A stretch of DNA of 63,949 nt, counting the filler, from Vicugna vicugna (taxonomy: Eukaryota): NCBI GenBank assembly GCA_013265495.1. It is 79 parts of 76 records of this genome, joined end to end, with 100 filler letters (N's around TTAATTAATTAA, not from the genome) between each part and the next. Parts side by side here need not be neighbours in the genome. Positions count along the whole stretch, not along the records: positions 1 to 781 come from MU062259.1; positions 882 to 1,540 come from PNXW01023160.1; positions 1,641 to 2,164 come from PNXW01023162.1; positions 2,265 to 3,108 come from PNXW01023164.1; positions 3,209 to 4,392 come from MU062260.1; positions 4,493 to 5,244 come from PNXW01023169.1; positions 5,345 to 6,156 come from MU062261.1; positions 6,257 to 6,785 come from PNXW01023232.1; 71 more parts are not named here. One strand, 5' to 3'. Of the stretch, positions 1 through 12,610 are shown one piece after another. A program made the position numbers and the translations under genes. Under the pieces are notes generated by a model. It saw only the letters and a list, made by a program, of their open reading frames with translations, was not told where the DNA came from and ran no database searches. Position 1 is the first letter of the stretch. The number at the start of each line of letters is the position of its first letter.

Positions 1-499
1 ATCATTGGTCCAAATTCTTCAGCTTAATGTCCTAAATAAACACCCGTAAAATCTTGTCTCACTCCTTTAATTTTAATTTGTTTCATACAAGTCCTCAAAA
101 AAAAAAAAAAAAAACNNNNNNNNNNNNNNNNNNNNNNNNNNNNNNNNNNNNNNNNNNNNNNNNNNNNNNNNNNNNNNNNNNNNNNNNNNNNNNNNNNNNN
201 NNNNNNNNNNNNNNNNNNNNNNNNNNNNNNNNNNNNNNNNNNNNNNNNNNNNNNNNNNNNNNNNNNNNNNNNNNNNNNNNNNNNNNNNNNNNNNNNNACT
301 AGGTGGTTCATCCAGCCTTATTAATGAGAAGTATAAGAAAAGTTAAGAATGGGCAAACCAGCTAGGTTTCTCAGAGATCACAACACTCAGAGAACCTAAA
401 ATACCAGGCCAGCATGACTCTGAGGGTGTGAGATTGTGGCTCTGCAGTTGTAACAGTCAAGGGCTAAGAGAAACAGAAATGTTATTAACAACCACGGCA

Positions 500-725
500 G
501 TAGTGACTATTACACGTTGAGTTCTTACTCTGTGGCAAGTACTGTGAGAAAGCCTTTTCTTGCATTTACTTTTCCCACATCCTTATGAGATAGGTTTTAT
601 GATGATTCCTACTTTACGGATGGGGAAACTGAAACTCAGAGAGTTTGCTAAACTTGCCCAAGGTCACGTAGCAAATAGATTTTGAAAACTGGACTTTCTG
701 TCTCTAGGACTTACATGTCTAGCAC
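500..725 (-). mobile_element. MIR SINE fragment
   Basis: TTTACGGATGGGGAAACTGAAACTCAGAGAG...AACTTGCCCAAGGTCAC is the reverse complement of the MIR core. Confidence 0.8.
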
Positions 726-781
726 CTTTCTCCAGTTTGCTCTAGGCAGAGAGAAAGTTGCAGTCAACCTCTGGAGTAACA

Positions 782-881
782 NNNNNNNNNNNNNNNNNNN
801 NNNNNNNNNNNNNNNNNNNNNNNNNTTAATTAATTAANNNNNNNNNNNNNNNNNNNNNNNNNNNNNNNNNNNNNNNNNNNN
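782..881. other. Artificial scaffold linker N44-TTAATTAATTAA-N44 (first of 78 copies; last around 63712-63811)
   Basis: The same 100-bp structure recurs every 0.2-1.5 kb between unrelated sequences; the palindromic 12-mer has TAA in all frames on both strands. Confidence 0.98.
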
Positions 882-883
882 CA

Positions 884-1218
884 CCCACCCCTCTGATTCT
901 GAACATCACAAAATGCTGTGGTTGCATTCATTATGTGCATACCTCCCAGGTTTTGGCTAGGTTTCCTTCGCATGATCTTCATTAAGGAGCTGCATCAAGA
1001 AGTTTAAAGAGGCTATTCTTACATCTTAGCGGAGGAGTCTGCAAAAAATTTAAATGGCTTTGAAGTGAGAGTTTACCAGGGACAGAGAGGTCGCAGGTCC
1101 TAGTCAACAGTGTCATGAAGCAAAATGTTCTTCAAAGGCTCAGAGTGGCTTCTGAACGTGGAGTCGTGGAGTCGGCAGGGAGGAGGTGACAGGCAGTGAG
1201 TGGGGTGAGAGACACAGG
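884..1218. repeat. Multicopy segment of unknown class, copy 1 (inverted paralog at 57668-58002)
   Basis: Read by eye as a close reverse-complement match over ~335 bp, with scattered substitutions. Confidence 0.9.
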
Positions 1219-2049
1219 GTACACTCCCCCAGCTGGGGGAGAATTGGTTTTTTTCCAGTTTTCCAAACAATTTCTTACTACCTTTTTCTCTTATTTTCAC
1301 ATACCATTTCCTACGAATTAAGCATATCAATGTCAGTCATTTGGGCTGCTTGGGAGAAGCTACATGATGACATTCACAGGGCTGGAAATGACAGCCACAC
1401 CAGTCTAGGTTGAAAGACCAGTGGGGTTATTTCCAAGGATCCAAGGTAAGGCATGTAGAAAACTCCGCAGCTTCAATGACCTCATCTCAATGCTCGGGCC
1501 AATAAAACTACCGAGCAAAGTGCGTGATGATTATGGCCAANNNNNNNNNNNNNNNNNNNNNNNNNNNNNNNNNNNNNNNNNNNNTTAATTAATTAANNNN
1601 NNNNNNNNNNNNNNNNNNNNNNNNNNNNNNNNNNNNNNNNTCAATAATCATCAATATATGATATTATTAATGCCATATTTTATATCATTTTATACTGGGC
1701 CTTTGCAAACTGATGTGGAAAAGTGTGTTCTTTGCACTTACAGCCATAAGCGGCTAGTGGTTCTGTCCTGGACAGCACATTTCTAGACAGAAGAAAAATG
1801 TAAATCTTCCAATTTCATCTCACAAAGCTATTTGGAACTTGAAGGCAAACACCTTACTGAGCATAACATTTAATTTCAGCACCATGCCTAAGGATGGAGG
1901 AAGCTTAAGTGAAATATGAGCAATTAAATCTGACGTTGAAAAGTAGTACTAAAACACAACCAAGATAGGTCTATAGTTGAAAATTTTAGAAAACATATGA
2001 ACACAATGTCACACTAATAGAAATAAAAGTCTATAAATCTGAGGGACGT

Positions 2050-2164
2050 TGAAATGAAATTGTTCGGACACGATCCCCGTATCTCATATCTTACAAAAAT
2101 TATCAGTACAATCAAATCAGATATTTACATGTGATGGGTAAAACAATAAAAGTTTTAGGAAGTA
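2050..2164 (+). mobile_element. Old LINE-1 (L1M) ORF2 fragment
   Basis: GATCCCCGTATCTCATATCTTACAAAAATT...AAAACAATAAAAGTTTTAGGAAG resembles the L1 ORF2 segment encoding [28 protein letters not shown]. Confidence 0.6.
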
Positions 2165-2730
2165 NNNNNNNNNNNNNNNNNNNNNNNNNNNNNNNNNNNN
2201 NNNNNNNNTTAATTAATTAANNNNNNNNNNNNNNNNNNNNNNNNNNNNNNNNNNNNNNNNNNNNGCACACATGAAGCATTTAACACACTGGCACTTAGCA
2301 GAGTTCACTTTGTGCGGCCACCACGCTTGGTGTTTGTCAGAGCCATAAAGGAAACATTGGTCTATTGAGGATGCACTAGTAGCCCCTTGGCTAGGTTGTG
2401 AATTTGGTGATTTACTTTAATGCGTGTAACTCTGTGTGCAATGGGCAGTTATTTTCATGGACAGATGAGGAATCTCAGGGTAAAAAACACTGTGAAATTT
2501 GCCGAAAGTCAGACCATAATTTTGGGTGCAGGGTCCTCTGTTCTGCATGGGCCCCTGGGCCTTCTGCCCTCTCCGTTCAGCACCAGAGCCAGATGTGGGT
2601 TCGGCTGTTTCTCAATATCCAGCACAAGACACACCTGGCCCTGCGTTGCTTGAGCAAAAACTCCTGAGGAGAGGCAGTTAGAAAAGTGATAAACCTAAAA
2701 ACAGACGACTGCAAACTGTGATCAGCTCTG

Positions 2731-3099
2731 AAAAGGAAAGGAACACGTCTCACCGTGCAGAGCTGGGAGCTTTCCCGTCGGGGCTGCTCTGGGGGCATTC
2801 ATTTCAGCTATACAAGCTCTGCTGCTGCACCAAGGCAGGAAGACAGGGCGCGTGTGCCAGGTAGACAGGACCTTGTTAATCTTACTCACTCCCCATTCAG
2901 CTGCAGCTGTCACGGGCACTTACCTAGCAAAAAGGTGTCGGCCATAATCATCACGCACTTTGCTTGGTAGTTTTATTGGCCCCACCTTTGAGATGAGGTA
3001 ATTGAACCTGGGGAGTTTGCTGCATGCCCGTGATTACCTTGGAAATACCCCACTGGTTTTTCCACCTAGACTGGTGTGGCTGTCATGTCCCAGCCCTTT
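2731..3099 (+). repeat. Multicopy segment of unknown class, copy 1 (paralog at 39775-40141)
   Basis: Colinear match GGAAAGGAACACGTCTC...GGCCATAATCATCACGCACTTTGCTTGGTAG...GTCATG.CCCAGCCCT with small indels. Confidence 0.9.
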
Positions 3100-3208
3100 G
3101 AATGGCATNNNNNNNNNNNNNNNNNNNNNNNNNNNNNNNNNNNNNNNNNNNNTTAATTAATTAANNNNNNNNNNNNNNNNNNNNNNNNNNNNNNNNNNNN
3201 NNNNNNNN

Positions 3209-4392
3209 GAATATAGTATACAGAATACTTAATAAACAATTAAAAATTGAATGCAGAACACAGAATATTGAATATAAAATACATAATACTGAATATATAA
3301 TTTGGAATATAGAATGTAGAAAACAGAATAAAAAATATAGCTTAAAGAATACTGAAGCCAGATTTTGGAACATGNNNNNNNNNNNNNNNNNNNNNNNNNN
3401 NNNNNNNNNNNNNNNNNNNNNNNNNNNNNNNNNNNNNNNNNNNNNNNNNNNNNNNNNNNNNNNNNNNNNNNNNNNNNNNNNNNNNNNNNNNNNNNNNNNN
3501 NNNNNNNNNNNNNNNNNNNNNNNNNNNNNNNNNNNNNNNNNNNNNNNNNNNNNNNNNNNNNNNNNNNNNNNNNNNNNNNNNNNNNNNNNNNNNNNNNNNN
3601 NNNNNNNNNNNNNNNNNNNNNNNNNNNNNNNNNNNNNNNNNNNNNNNNNNNNNNNNNNNNNNNNNNNNNNNNNNNNNNNNNNNNNNNNNNNNNNNNNNNN
3701 NNNNNNNNNNNNNNNNNNNNNNNNNNNNNNNNNNNNNNNNNNNNNNNNNNNNNNNNNNNNNNNNNNNNNNNNNNNNNNNNNNNNNNNNNNNNNNNNNNNN
3801 NNNNNNNNNNNNNNNNNNNNNNNNNNNNNNNNNNNNNNNNNNNNNNNNNNNNNNNNNNNNNNNNNNNNNNNNNNNNNNNNNNNNNNNNNNNNNNNNNNNN
3901 NNNNNNNNNNNNNNNNNNNNNNNNNNNNNNNNNNNNNNNNNNNNNNNNNNNNNNNNNNNNNNNNNNNNNNNNNNNNNNNNNNNNNNNNNNNNNNNNNNNN
4001 NNNNNNNNNNNNNNNNNNNNNNNNNNNNNNNNNNNNNNNNNNNNNNNNNNNNNNNNNNNNNNNNNNNNNNNNNNNNNNNNNNNNNNNNNNNNNNNNNNNN
4101 NNNNNNNNNNNNNNNNNNATTTAGAACATGGAATGCAGAACATAGAATTTAGAATATAGAATACAGAATACATAATATACAATTTAGAATGTAGAATGGA
4201 GAACACAGAATTTAGAATATATATAAAGAATACTGCATATAGAGTTTAGAATATAGAATTTAAAACAAACAATATAGAATATAGAATACAGTATATAGAA
4301 TCCAGAATAAAGAACATGATATGCAGAACACAGAATTTAGAATAGAAATTACATAATACTGAGTATAGAATTTAGAATATAGAATGTAGAAC
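3209..4392 (-). repeat. SatE: AT-rich heptamer-based satellite, (ATAGAAT)n strand shown, internal gap
   Basis: Degenerate AGAAT/ATAGAAT repeats with recurring GAACATGGAATGCAGAACACAGAATTTAG landmark. Confidence 0.9.
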
Positions 4393-4599
4393 NNNNNNNN
4401 NNNNNNNNNNNNNNNNNNNNNNNNNNNNNNNNNNNNTTAATTAATTAANNNNNNNNNNNNNNNNNNNNNNNNNNNNNNNNNNNNNNNNNNNNTTAATATC
4501 TCACTGCTGGCTGATATTGAAACTCCAAAGTGAGAGACGAAGCATAGCTGTAAACTGAAGGAGAATTAAAAATGTGTCTAACATGCACATAAAACCCCT

Positions 4600-5244
4600 C
4601 AGCAATATCCAGGAGACTTATTGGAACATAGCATTTAAGTAAAATGTGTGAAGTTATTAGGTGACCGCTAAGCTAACAAAAGAGATAGTTCTGTTGACAA
4701 GTGATAATAGAACAAAGACTTTATAGATTTGTTCAGGAAATGTACCAAAAAAAAAAGCAGTAAGAACAAAAATTTTTTTCCACAATTGCCAAATTATATT
4801 ACTTTAAATGTTCAGTTTTCAGAAAAATAAGAACAAGTTTATGAGACATGCAAAGAATCACAAAACTGTGCTACACAATAGGGAAAAAAAGAGTAAAGAA
4901 ACTGTCCCTGAGAAAACTTAGATGTGGGATACACTTTACAAAGACTTTATATCAACTTCTACAAATATCTCCCAAGAACTAAAGTAAATCATGTTTCATG
5001 AACTTAAGGAAAATATGAGAGTTATGCCTTGCCTAATATAAAAATGTTTCCATATACTTATAGATGACATGTGAGTGGATACAGAAATTACAAAGGATTT
5101 CACACACACTGAAACACAATTAGAAGTAACAAATGAGTTTAGCAAGATTGTTGGATATCAAATCATTATAAAATATTATTTGAAATTCTATACAATAGTA
5201 GTGGACAAATTCCATACATTTATGATCTTGCATATAAAAGATAA
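4600..5244 (+). mobile_element. Ancient L1M fragments (5'/ORF1-proximal region and ORF2)
   Basis: A-rich; GAGACATGCAAAGAA, AAAGACTTTATATCAAC, TTAGAAGTAACAAATGAGTTTAGCAAGATTG (LE.TNEFSK.VGY.I, ORF2 RT region). Confidence 0.6.
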
Positions 5245-5344
5245 NNNNNNNNNNNNNNNNNNNNNNNNNNNNNNNNNNNNNNNNNNNNTTAATTAATTAA
5301 NNNNNNNNNNNNNNNNNNNNNNNNNNNNNNNNNNNNNNNNNNNN

Positions 5345-6080
5345 CTGTAAGTATTATTGGGGGAGTGATTTCTTATTTCAGTAGTTTGATAATACAATTT
5401 TATTTACACTTGGTGTATGTTTTCTGCTCAGAAATCTGCTGATAGCCTAATGGAGGTTCCTTTGTAGATTGTCATAACATTTTTGGCTGAATTTAAAATA
5501 TTACTCTGTCATTGACTTGCCAATTTGCAAATGGCGTATCTTGAAGGAGGTCCCTTTGTCTTAAAGTTATTGGTCTTTTNNNNNNNNNNNNNNNNNNNNN
5601 NNNNNNNNNNNNNNNNNNNNNNNNNNNNNNNNNNNNNNNNNNNNNNNNNNNNNNNNNNNNNNNNNNNNNNNNNNNNNNNNNNNNNNNNNNNNNNNNNNNN
5701 NNNNNNNNNNNNNNNNNNNNNNNNNNNATTTCCTCACTTTTTATCATCTTGTATCTCTGCCCTCTCCTATCATTTCTAGATTTGTATTGGTGAGTTTTCT
5801 ATTCTCCCTTCCACCAAGACAGTCTACTTCCAATGCTTTCTGTTGCATTCTTCATCTCATTTATTAAGTTCTCCTTTTCCTCCAATAATATTTGTTTATT
5901 TTATAGATTCAGTCTCTTTGGTAATGTATTTCTTATCATAATTTATTTTATTCCTGAGCACACTAAACTGCTTTCTCAGTTTTGTTTTTTGTACTGAGTT
6001 TGTGTATGACACCTATTTGGATTCTCAATTAGTTACATGGCAATATACCATGAATTTTAAGTTTGTTTGCTGCAAGGCTG
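5345..6080 (-). mobile_element. Ancient L1 ORF1-region fragment
   Basis: TTTTCTGCTCAGAAATCTGCTGATAGCCTAATGGAGGTTCC is antisense to the ORF1 G.PIRLSADFS motif. Confidence 0.7.
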
Positions 6081-6084
6081 ACAT

Positions 6085-6156
6085 TGTGTGTGTGAGTTTG
6101 TGTGTGTGCAGGTGTGTGTGCGTGTGTGTCTGTGTTTGTGTCAGTGTCTGTGTGTG
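6085..6156. repeat. Imperfect (TG)n microsatellite
   Basis: TGTGTG runs at the contig end. Confidence 0.85.
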
Positions 6157-7888
6157 NNNNNNNNNNNNNNNNNNNNNNNNNNNNNNNNNNNNNNNNNNNN
6201 TTAATTAATTAANNNNNNNNNNNNNNNNNNNNNNNNNNNNNNNNNNNNNNNNNNNNAATCTGCTTCTGTGTGGGCAGACCTTGACCTTGCTAGGCAGTGA
6301 GGAGAGAGATGTATGCCAACATGTTAACAATGATTGGGACTTCCTTGGTTGCTTTCATCATCACCTTCACCACCAGAGGTCAGGGAAACCTTTTGATTAA
6401 TCAGAGGCCCTGAAAGTGATACAGGAAAGTATTGATTTAAAAGTAATATTTATTTAGGGCTTCCTATGAACTGATTGCTTAAACTGTGGTCCTATTTAAT
6501 CTTCACAACCACTCTTATCAAATTGGTATGGATAAATCTCAGGTGTATCCAAAATAAGTCTCTGTGTCAAGTTGTGATATTTTTAGGCCTCTTAGGTCTT
6601 TAGGTTCATCTGGGCACCAGACATAAGGCAGTTCAACTTAATGCCCTTGCCCTAAGCTCCAGGTGCCAAGAATTGGCCAATTTGTACTTTGGATTAAATG
6701 GATGCTCAAAAAGGATCATAAAGGTAAACTGTAGATTTTTTTTGACTAACCAGACTCCTTTCAACATTGAAATCCTAGACTTCAGNNNNNNNNNNNNNNN
6801 NNNNNNNNNNNNNNNNNNNNNNNNNNNNNTTAATTAATTAANNNNNNNNNNNNNNNNNNNNNNNNNNNNNNNNNNNNNNNNNNNNGAAGGAGAGAAGAGG
6901 AATGTCCACCTGGCGGCCTCCATCAGTTTTATTCCAGCCACAAGGTGCCTCTAGGGCAGCACAGCTAACAAGCCCCACATAAGGAAAGTCGGCATCCACA
7001 CTGCCCCTGCCTTCCCGAAGTAGCCCCGATGCCCATATCCCAGCCTGTGAATGGTCTTCTAATGATCCCCCACTTGGTGGCACCCTCCCCCTCTTCCCCG
7101 CTACACACAGATACACAGAGCCACGACAGCCTTCCCAAAGCACAAATTTGATTACATCAACCCCTCTTCAAACACTTCAGAGGCTCCCTGGTAGAGTTCT
7201 AGCCCCACCCCAGACCNNNNNNNNNNNNNNNNNNNNNNNNNNNNNNNNNNNNNNNNNNNNNNNNNNNNNNNNNNNNNNNNNNNNNNNNNNNNNNNNNNNN
7301 NNNNNNNNNNNNNNNNNNNNNNNNNNNNNNNNNNNNNNNNNNNNNNNNNNNNNNNNNNNNNNNNNNNNNNNNNNNATTCTAGGCTAAGTCAACTTCTGAC
7401 AATGCTAAGTTCTCAAGAAGCAAATACATTTTGCTTACAAATGTGGCTACACTCTGTCTCCCCTAGACTCACAGAAGTGCACGTGTTATGAATAAATGAA
7501 TGACGGGTTGGGTCTCAAAGGGACCGACATACCTGCTCTCGCCCATCACGACCCTTTTGTCTATAGTATATCAGAAGCAAAACCAGAAGTACCTTTACTT
7601 AGGGTCACTTTCTGTTGACACCCTTCACTGCCTACTGTGTCAGTTCTAGTAAAACTCAACTTATTCCAAAGCCCTACACCACGGACTCTCTCCAGTGTCC
7701 TCCCCAGTAGGGGCTCCCTCCACCCTGGACCGCACAGGGCACTTCCCCGGGTCCCCACGCCAAAAGCCTCCAGGCCTCTACCCGGGCTNNNNNNNNNNNN
7801 NNNNNNNNNNNNNNNNNNNNNNNNNNNNNNNNTTAATTAATTAANNNNNNNNNNNNNNNNNNNNNNNNNNNNNNNNNNNNNNNNNNNN

Positions 7889-8583
7889 ATATATATATAT
7901 GGGGATACTACCTCCAAATCGGTTTTACACTGAAAAATACACGAACTTTAAACGGACACTGGGAAACATTCTGAGAAACCAGGGAAGATCTTTCTACTGC
8001 AAACCATTGTCTTTTTGCTAAAAGAACAAACGTCTCTCCACATGCTCAATTCTGAGAATTAATTGTGTGTGAAAGCCGTCAATCACCTAGCACCTTGGGA
8101 ACACACAGAATCTTTTCAGTGGGAAACTACTCTATATACATATATATAGGGAGGTACAAGCTCCAACTCGTGTCTAAAGTGAAAAGTGTATCAACATCAA
8201 AACGGCACTAGAAAACATACAGAGAAACCAGAGTAAATGTTTCAACTGCAACACATTCCCTTCATGTTAGATGAAAAAAGTCTCACCTCATGCTCAATTC
8301 TGAGAGTTAAGTGTATGTGAAAGCCGTCAACCAGCTAGCTTGTTTGGAAAACACACTTTCTTTACACTGGAAAACTATACTATATAAATATATATGGGGA
8401 GGTAATATTTCCAACTCGGTTTACAGTGAAAACTGCATGAAATTCAAACAGGCACTAGGAAACCTACTGAGAACCCAAGTTAGCGTTTCTATTGCAAACC
8501 ATTCCTTTTAGGTTAGATGAACGAAAATCTCTCCAAAGTACACTGTATATATATATATGGGATGGTACTAGCTCCAACTCGGT
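7889..8583 (+). repeat. SatD: ~249-bp satellite
   Basis: TATATATGGGGAGGTA..CTCCAACTCGG motif at ~7893, 8141 and 8391; same family at 22495 and 53918. Confidence 0.9.
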
Positions 8584-8683
8584 NNNNNNNNNNNNNNNNN
8601 NNNNNNNNNNNNNNNNNNNNNNNNNNNTTAATTAATTAANNNNNNNNNNNNNNNNNNNNNNNNNNNNNNNNNNNNNNNNNNNN

Positions 8684-9902
8684 ACAGTTATTCCTAGGTA
8701 GATGATGTAGTTTAAACTCCTTCACTGCACTTAGAGAGGCACTGGATATTACTTGGTTTACAGCTCAACCCCCACCTTCGCTCAAAGCCCAGCCTAGGAG
8801 AACACTCAAGGAAGTCAAGCTAAGGGATTCTACTAGATCCCTGGTGCTGCTGTTAGTTGGAGGAGCCTCCCCACACTCAGGAAACGAGAACAATTCTTCG
8901 CACGTGTGCTGGTGGTGTGGAAACTGAGTCCACACATTTTTCCTGGGGCACAGGTATTCCTAGGTTGGAGGATGTAGTTTAAACACCTCCACATCCCATT
9001 GATAGGCACTCGCTAATACTTCGTTTTAGAGCCCAACCTCCAATTTCTCCCGCAATCCTGGCAGGGCAAGCCATCACTTAATACAAGCTAAGGGATTTTA
9101 TTGAACCTAGATGCTGCTGTCACAATGAGGAACTTCCCAACACTCAGGACTCCGGAGACACTCTTGTGTGTGGGGGAGGTGTGCATCCCCAATCCACGCA
9201 GATGAATGGTGACACAGGTGTTCCCGGGTAGGGGAGTTCCCTAAGTAATTCCTCAGTCAATCGGTTGGCACAAGATTCTACTTGGCCTCCAAGCACAACC
9301 CTCAGCNNNNNNNNNNNNNNNNNNNNNNNNNNNNNNNNNNNNNNNNNNNNNNNNNNNNNNNNNNNNNNNNNNNNNNNNNNNNNNNNNNNNNNNNNNNNNN
9401 NNNNNNNNNNNNNNNNNNNNNNNNNNNNNNNNNNNNNNNNNNNNNNNNNNNNNNNNNNNNNNNNNNNNNNNNNNNNNNNNNNNNNNNNNNNNNNNNNNNN
9501 NNNNNNNNNNNNNNNNNNNNNNNNNNNNNNTGTTGCTTCTTGGACTTCAAGCCCAAACCCCACTTTCCCCCACACTCCAGCCTCGGCATGCCATCAGGGA
9601 AGACAAGCTTTGGGATTCTATTAGAACCCAGGCGCTGCTGTCAGTTGGAGGAGTCTCCCCAAACTCAGGATACCTGAACAAATCTTTATGTGTATGATGG
9701 TTTTGGGGATACATAGTCCACGCAACTTTATGGGGGCACAGGTGTTCCCAGGAAGGGAATGTACTTTAAACACCTCCACTGCCCATAGAGAGGCACTCGC
9801 TTTTACTTGGCATTAGCGCCCAACCCCCACCTTCGTTCCAAGCCGGTCCTTGGAAATCACACAGGGAAATCAACCTAAGGGATCCTATTAGATCCCAGAT
9901 GC
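8684..9902 (+). repeat. SatB: ~267-bp satellite with divergent monomers
   Basis: GCTGCTGT.AGTTGGAGGA.CCTCCCCACACTCAGGA at 8846, 9113 (spacing 267) and 9633. Confidence 0.9.
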
Positions 9903-10204
9903 NNNNNNNNNNNNNNNNNNNNNNNNNNNNNNNNNNNNNNNNNNNNTTAATTAATTAANNNNNNNNNNNNNNNNNNNNNNNNNNNNNNNNNNNNNNNNNN
10001 NNCTACCTTGGATTTGTATGGATAAGTGAAGCAGTTTGCTAAGAACAAAAGACCAGGTTAGAATACAGGCTGGTGTAGCTCAGCAGGTTATCCTGAGCCA
10101 GCGCTGTGACAGAGGGCGGGGCCTTCGGGAAAGGGGAGGGTCAAGGGGGAGGGGGGTCCTACCCTCCCTGAGCTGACACTTTCATGGCAAACACCTTCAC
10201 CAGG

Positions 10205-10557
10205 TGAAGAATTTGGAGTTTCTTCTAAGAAGAGTGGATTTGAAAAGTCCTAAAAGCGCGGGAGTGACACAATCCCATTTGTCTCAAGTAAGGGAGAACG
10301 GCTGTGGGGCCACTTGGGAGACTCGTGAGTCCAGGTGGGCAGTGTTGGTGGCTTCACTTGAGCGGTGGGGCGGTCAGTGAGTAAAAGCGAACAGATTTTA
10401 GGCATGTTTAGATGGTAAAAAGGACAGGATGAATGCTGTCTGTGAAGGTAGGATGAAGTAAGGCACAGGTTTCTGGGTGGATTCATGAGGTAAATGATGG
10501 TCCTGCTTTGCTCTGTGGAGGGAAAGCTACAGAGGGAGCTCTGGGGGAAAACTGATG
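10205..10557 (-). mobile_element. LINE-2 fragment
   Basis: G-rich L2-type motifs (GTCCAGGTGGGCAGTGTTGGTGGCTT, GATTTTAGGCATGTTTAGATGGTAAAAAGGACAGGA, AGGTTTCTGG...ATGATGGT). Confidence 0.55.
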
Positions 10558-10657
10558 NNNNNNNNNNNNNNNNNNNNNNNNNNNNNNNNNNNNNNNNNNN
10601 NTTAATTAATTAANNNNNNNNNNNNNNNNNNNNNNNNNNNNNNNNNNNNNNNNNNNN

Positions 10658-11477
10658 GAAGTCCAGGAAATACCTTCCCTGACCTTGGGGAAGCAGCCTC
10701 GGCCACAGGGATATCCTGTAAACACGCCTAACATTCCCTGGCACAGAGACATTAGGAAAACCCTCAGGGGAGACGAGCTTAGGCATTCCGTTAGAACCCA
10801 CGGGATGCCGACCGTTGGTGGAACCTCACCACGCTCAGGATTCCGGAACCATTGTCAGTGCATGGGGGAGCTCGAGAGACAACTCCACGCAGCTCTCTTC
10901 ATTCACAGGTGTTCCCTNNNNNNNNNNNNNNNNNNNNNNNNNNNNNNNNNNNNNNNNNNNNNNNNNNNNNNNNNNNNNNNNNNNNNNNNNNNNNNNNNNN
11001 NNNNNNNNNNNNNNNNNNNNNNNNNNNNNNNNNNNNNNNNNNNNNNNNNNNNNNNNNNNNNNNNNNNNNNNNNNNNGAACCTCCCCACGCTCAGGATTCC
11101 GGAACCATTGTCAGTGCGAGGGGGAGCTCGAGAGACAACTCCACGCAGCTCTCTTCAGTCACAGGTGTTCCCTGTTCGGGGAAGTCCGGGAAAGAGCTCC
11201 CCTGAACTTGAGGAGACAGCCTTGGGCACTGGGATATCCTGTAAACCACCCTAGCATTCCCTGGCACAGAGAAATTTGGAAAACCCTCAGGGGCGACGAG
11301 CTTAGGCAGTCCGTTAGATCCGACGTGCTGACGACCGTTGATGGAACCTCCCCACGCTCAGGATTCCGGAAAAATTGTCAGTGCGTGGGGGAGCTCTAGA
11401 GACAACTTCACGCAGATCTCTTCAGTCACAGGAGTTCCCTATTCGGCTAAGTCCGGGAAATAACTTCCCTAACCTTG
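10658..11477 (+). repeat. SatA: GC-rich 267-268-bp satellite
   Basis: Repeated GGAACCTCCCCACGCTCAGGATTCCGGAACCATTGTCAGTGCGTGGGGGAGCTCGAGAGACAACTCC. Confidence 0.95.
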
Positions 11478-11577
11478 NNNNNNNNNNNNNNNNNNNNNNN
11501 NNNNNNNNNNNNNNNNNNNNNTTAATTAATTAANNNNNNNNNNNNNNNNNNNNNNNNNNNNNNNNNNNNNNNNNNNN

Positions 11578-12107
11578 GTTTGAGGAATCCGTGATGCATG
11601 AAACATGTTCGTAGTAAGGAATTCCATGGTTATGTAAACAATGCAAATTACATGTGCAGTGGTGAGATTTCGCTCAAAGAGGTTTTTCTGGGGCAAAATG
11701 TCTGATTTTAGAACCTGGTGATAGGAAAAACCTATGAAGTCAGAGTAAATATGTCTAAATTTATATACGCCTTGTTCGGAGGATGAAAGGTCAGTAATCC
11801 ACATGCTCACAAGTCAGAAATGCATGATTGCCAAATCCNNNNNNNNNNNNNNNNNNNNNNNNNNNNNNNNNNNNNNNNNNNNNNNNNNNNNNNNNNNNNN
11901 NNNNNNNNNNNNNNNNNNNNNNNNNNNNNNNNNNNNNNNNNNNNNNNNNNNNNNNNNNNNNNNNNNNNNNNNNNNNNNNNNNNNNNNNNNNNNNNNNNNN
12001 NNNNNNNNNNNNNNNNNNNNNNNNNNNNNNNNTCTAGATGAATCCTTTTATAGAAGTTAAAAATTAGTAAACCACATGCTCTCAATTCAAAATGCATGTT
12101 TGTCAAA
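11578..12107 (+). repeat. SatC: AT-rich ~246-bp monomer / ~740-bp trimer satellite
   Basis: Matches 61372-62284 (GAGGAATCCGTGATGCATG, CATGGTTATGTAAACAATG, AATCCACATGCTCACAA). Confidence 0.9.
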
Positions 12108-12375
12108 NNNNNNNNNNNNNNNNNNNNNNNNNNNNNNNNNNNNNNNNNNNNTTAATTAATTAANNNNNNNNNNNNNNNNNNNNNNNNNNNNNNNNNNNNN
12201 NNNNNNNCAGAAATCAACCGACGGCTATGTATTGCGGGTGTGCCCATATTACCGGAACAATATTTTCCCTTAGAGGTTCTCTGTGTACTGTGAAATGTTA
12301 GAAAGTTTAAAGACACGTGAAATATTCAACTGAAAATGGACACACTTCCCTCCGTTGCTACAGTGCATACAGACC

Positions 12376-12610
12376 TGAACAAAAGGAAAGAGGGAAGAAC
12401 AAAGGCTGATGGGATGCTAGTGGGTAGAATCACTTTTAACTTAGGAACCTCTCGTCGGATGCAGCCCCTCCCCCAACACTGACAAGATGCAGCAGCCTTT
12501 GGGGATGGCAGTTAGCGGTTGGATTCCAGGTGGAATGTTGGTGTGTACCGCGAGGCTTGTTGTGGCTGGTGGATCCTAGGTAACCGGGCAGAGTTCTGTG
12601 GGTAGATCAG
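12376..12610. repeat. Multicopy segment of unknown class, copy 1 (paralog at 33354-33584)
   Basis: TGAACAAAAGGAAAGAGGGAAGAA...TTAGGAACCTCTCGTCGGATGCAGCCCCTCCCCCA...GGGCAGAGTTCTGTGGGT.GATCA is shared. Confidence 0.9.
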
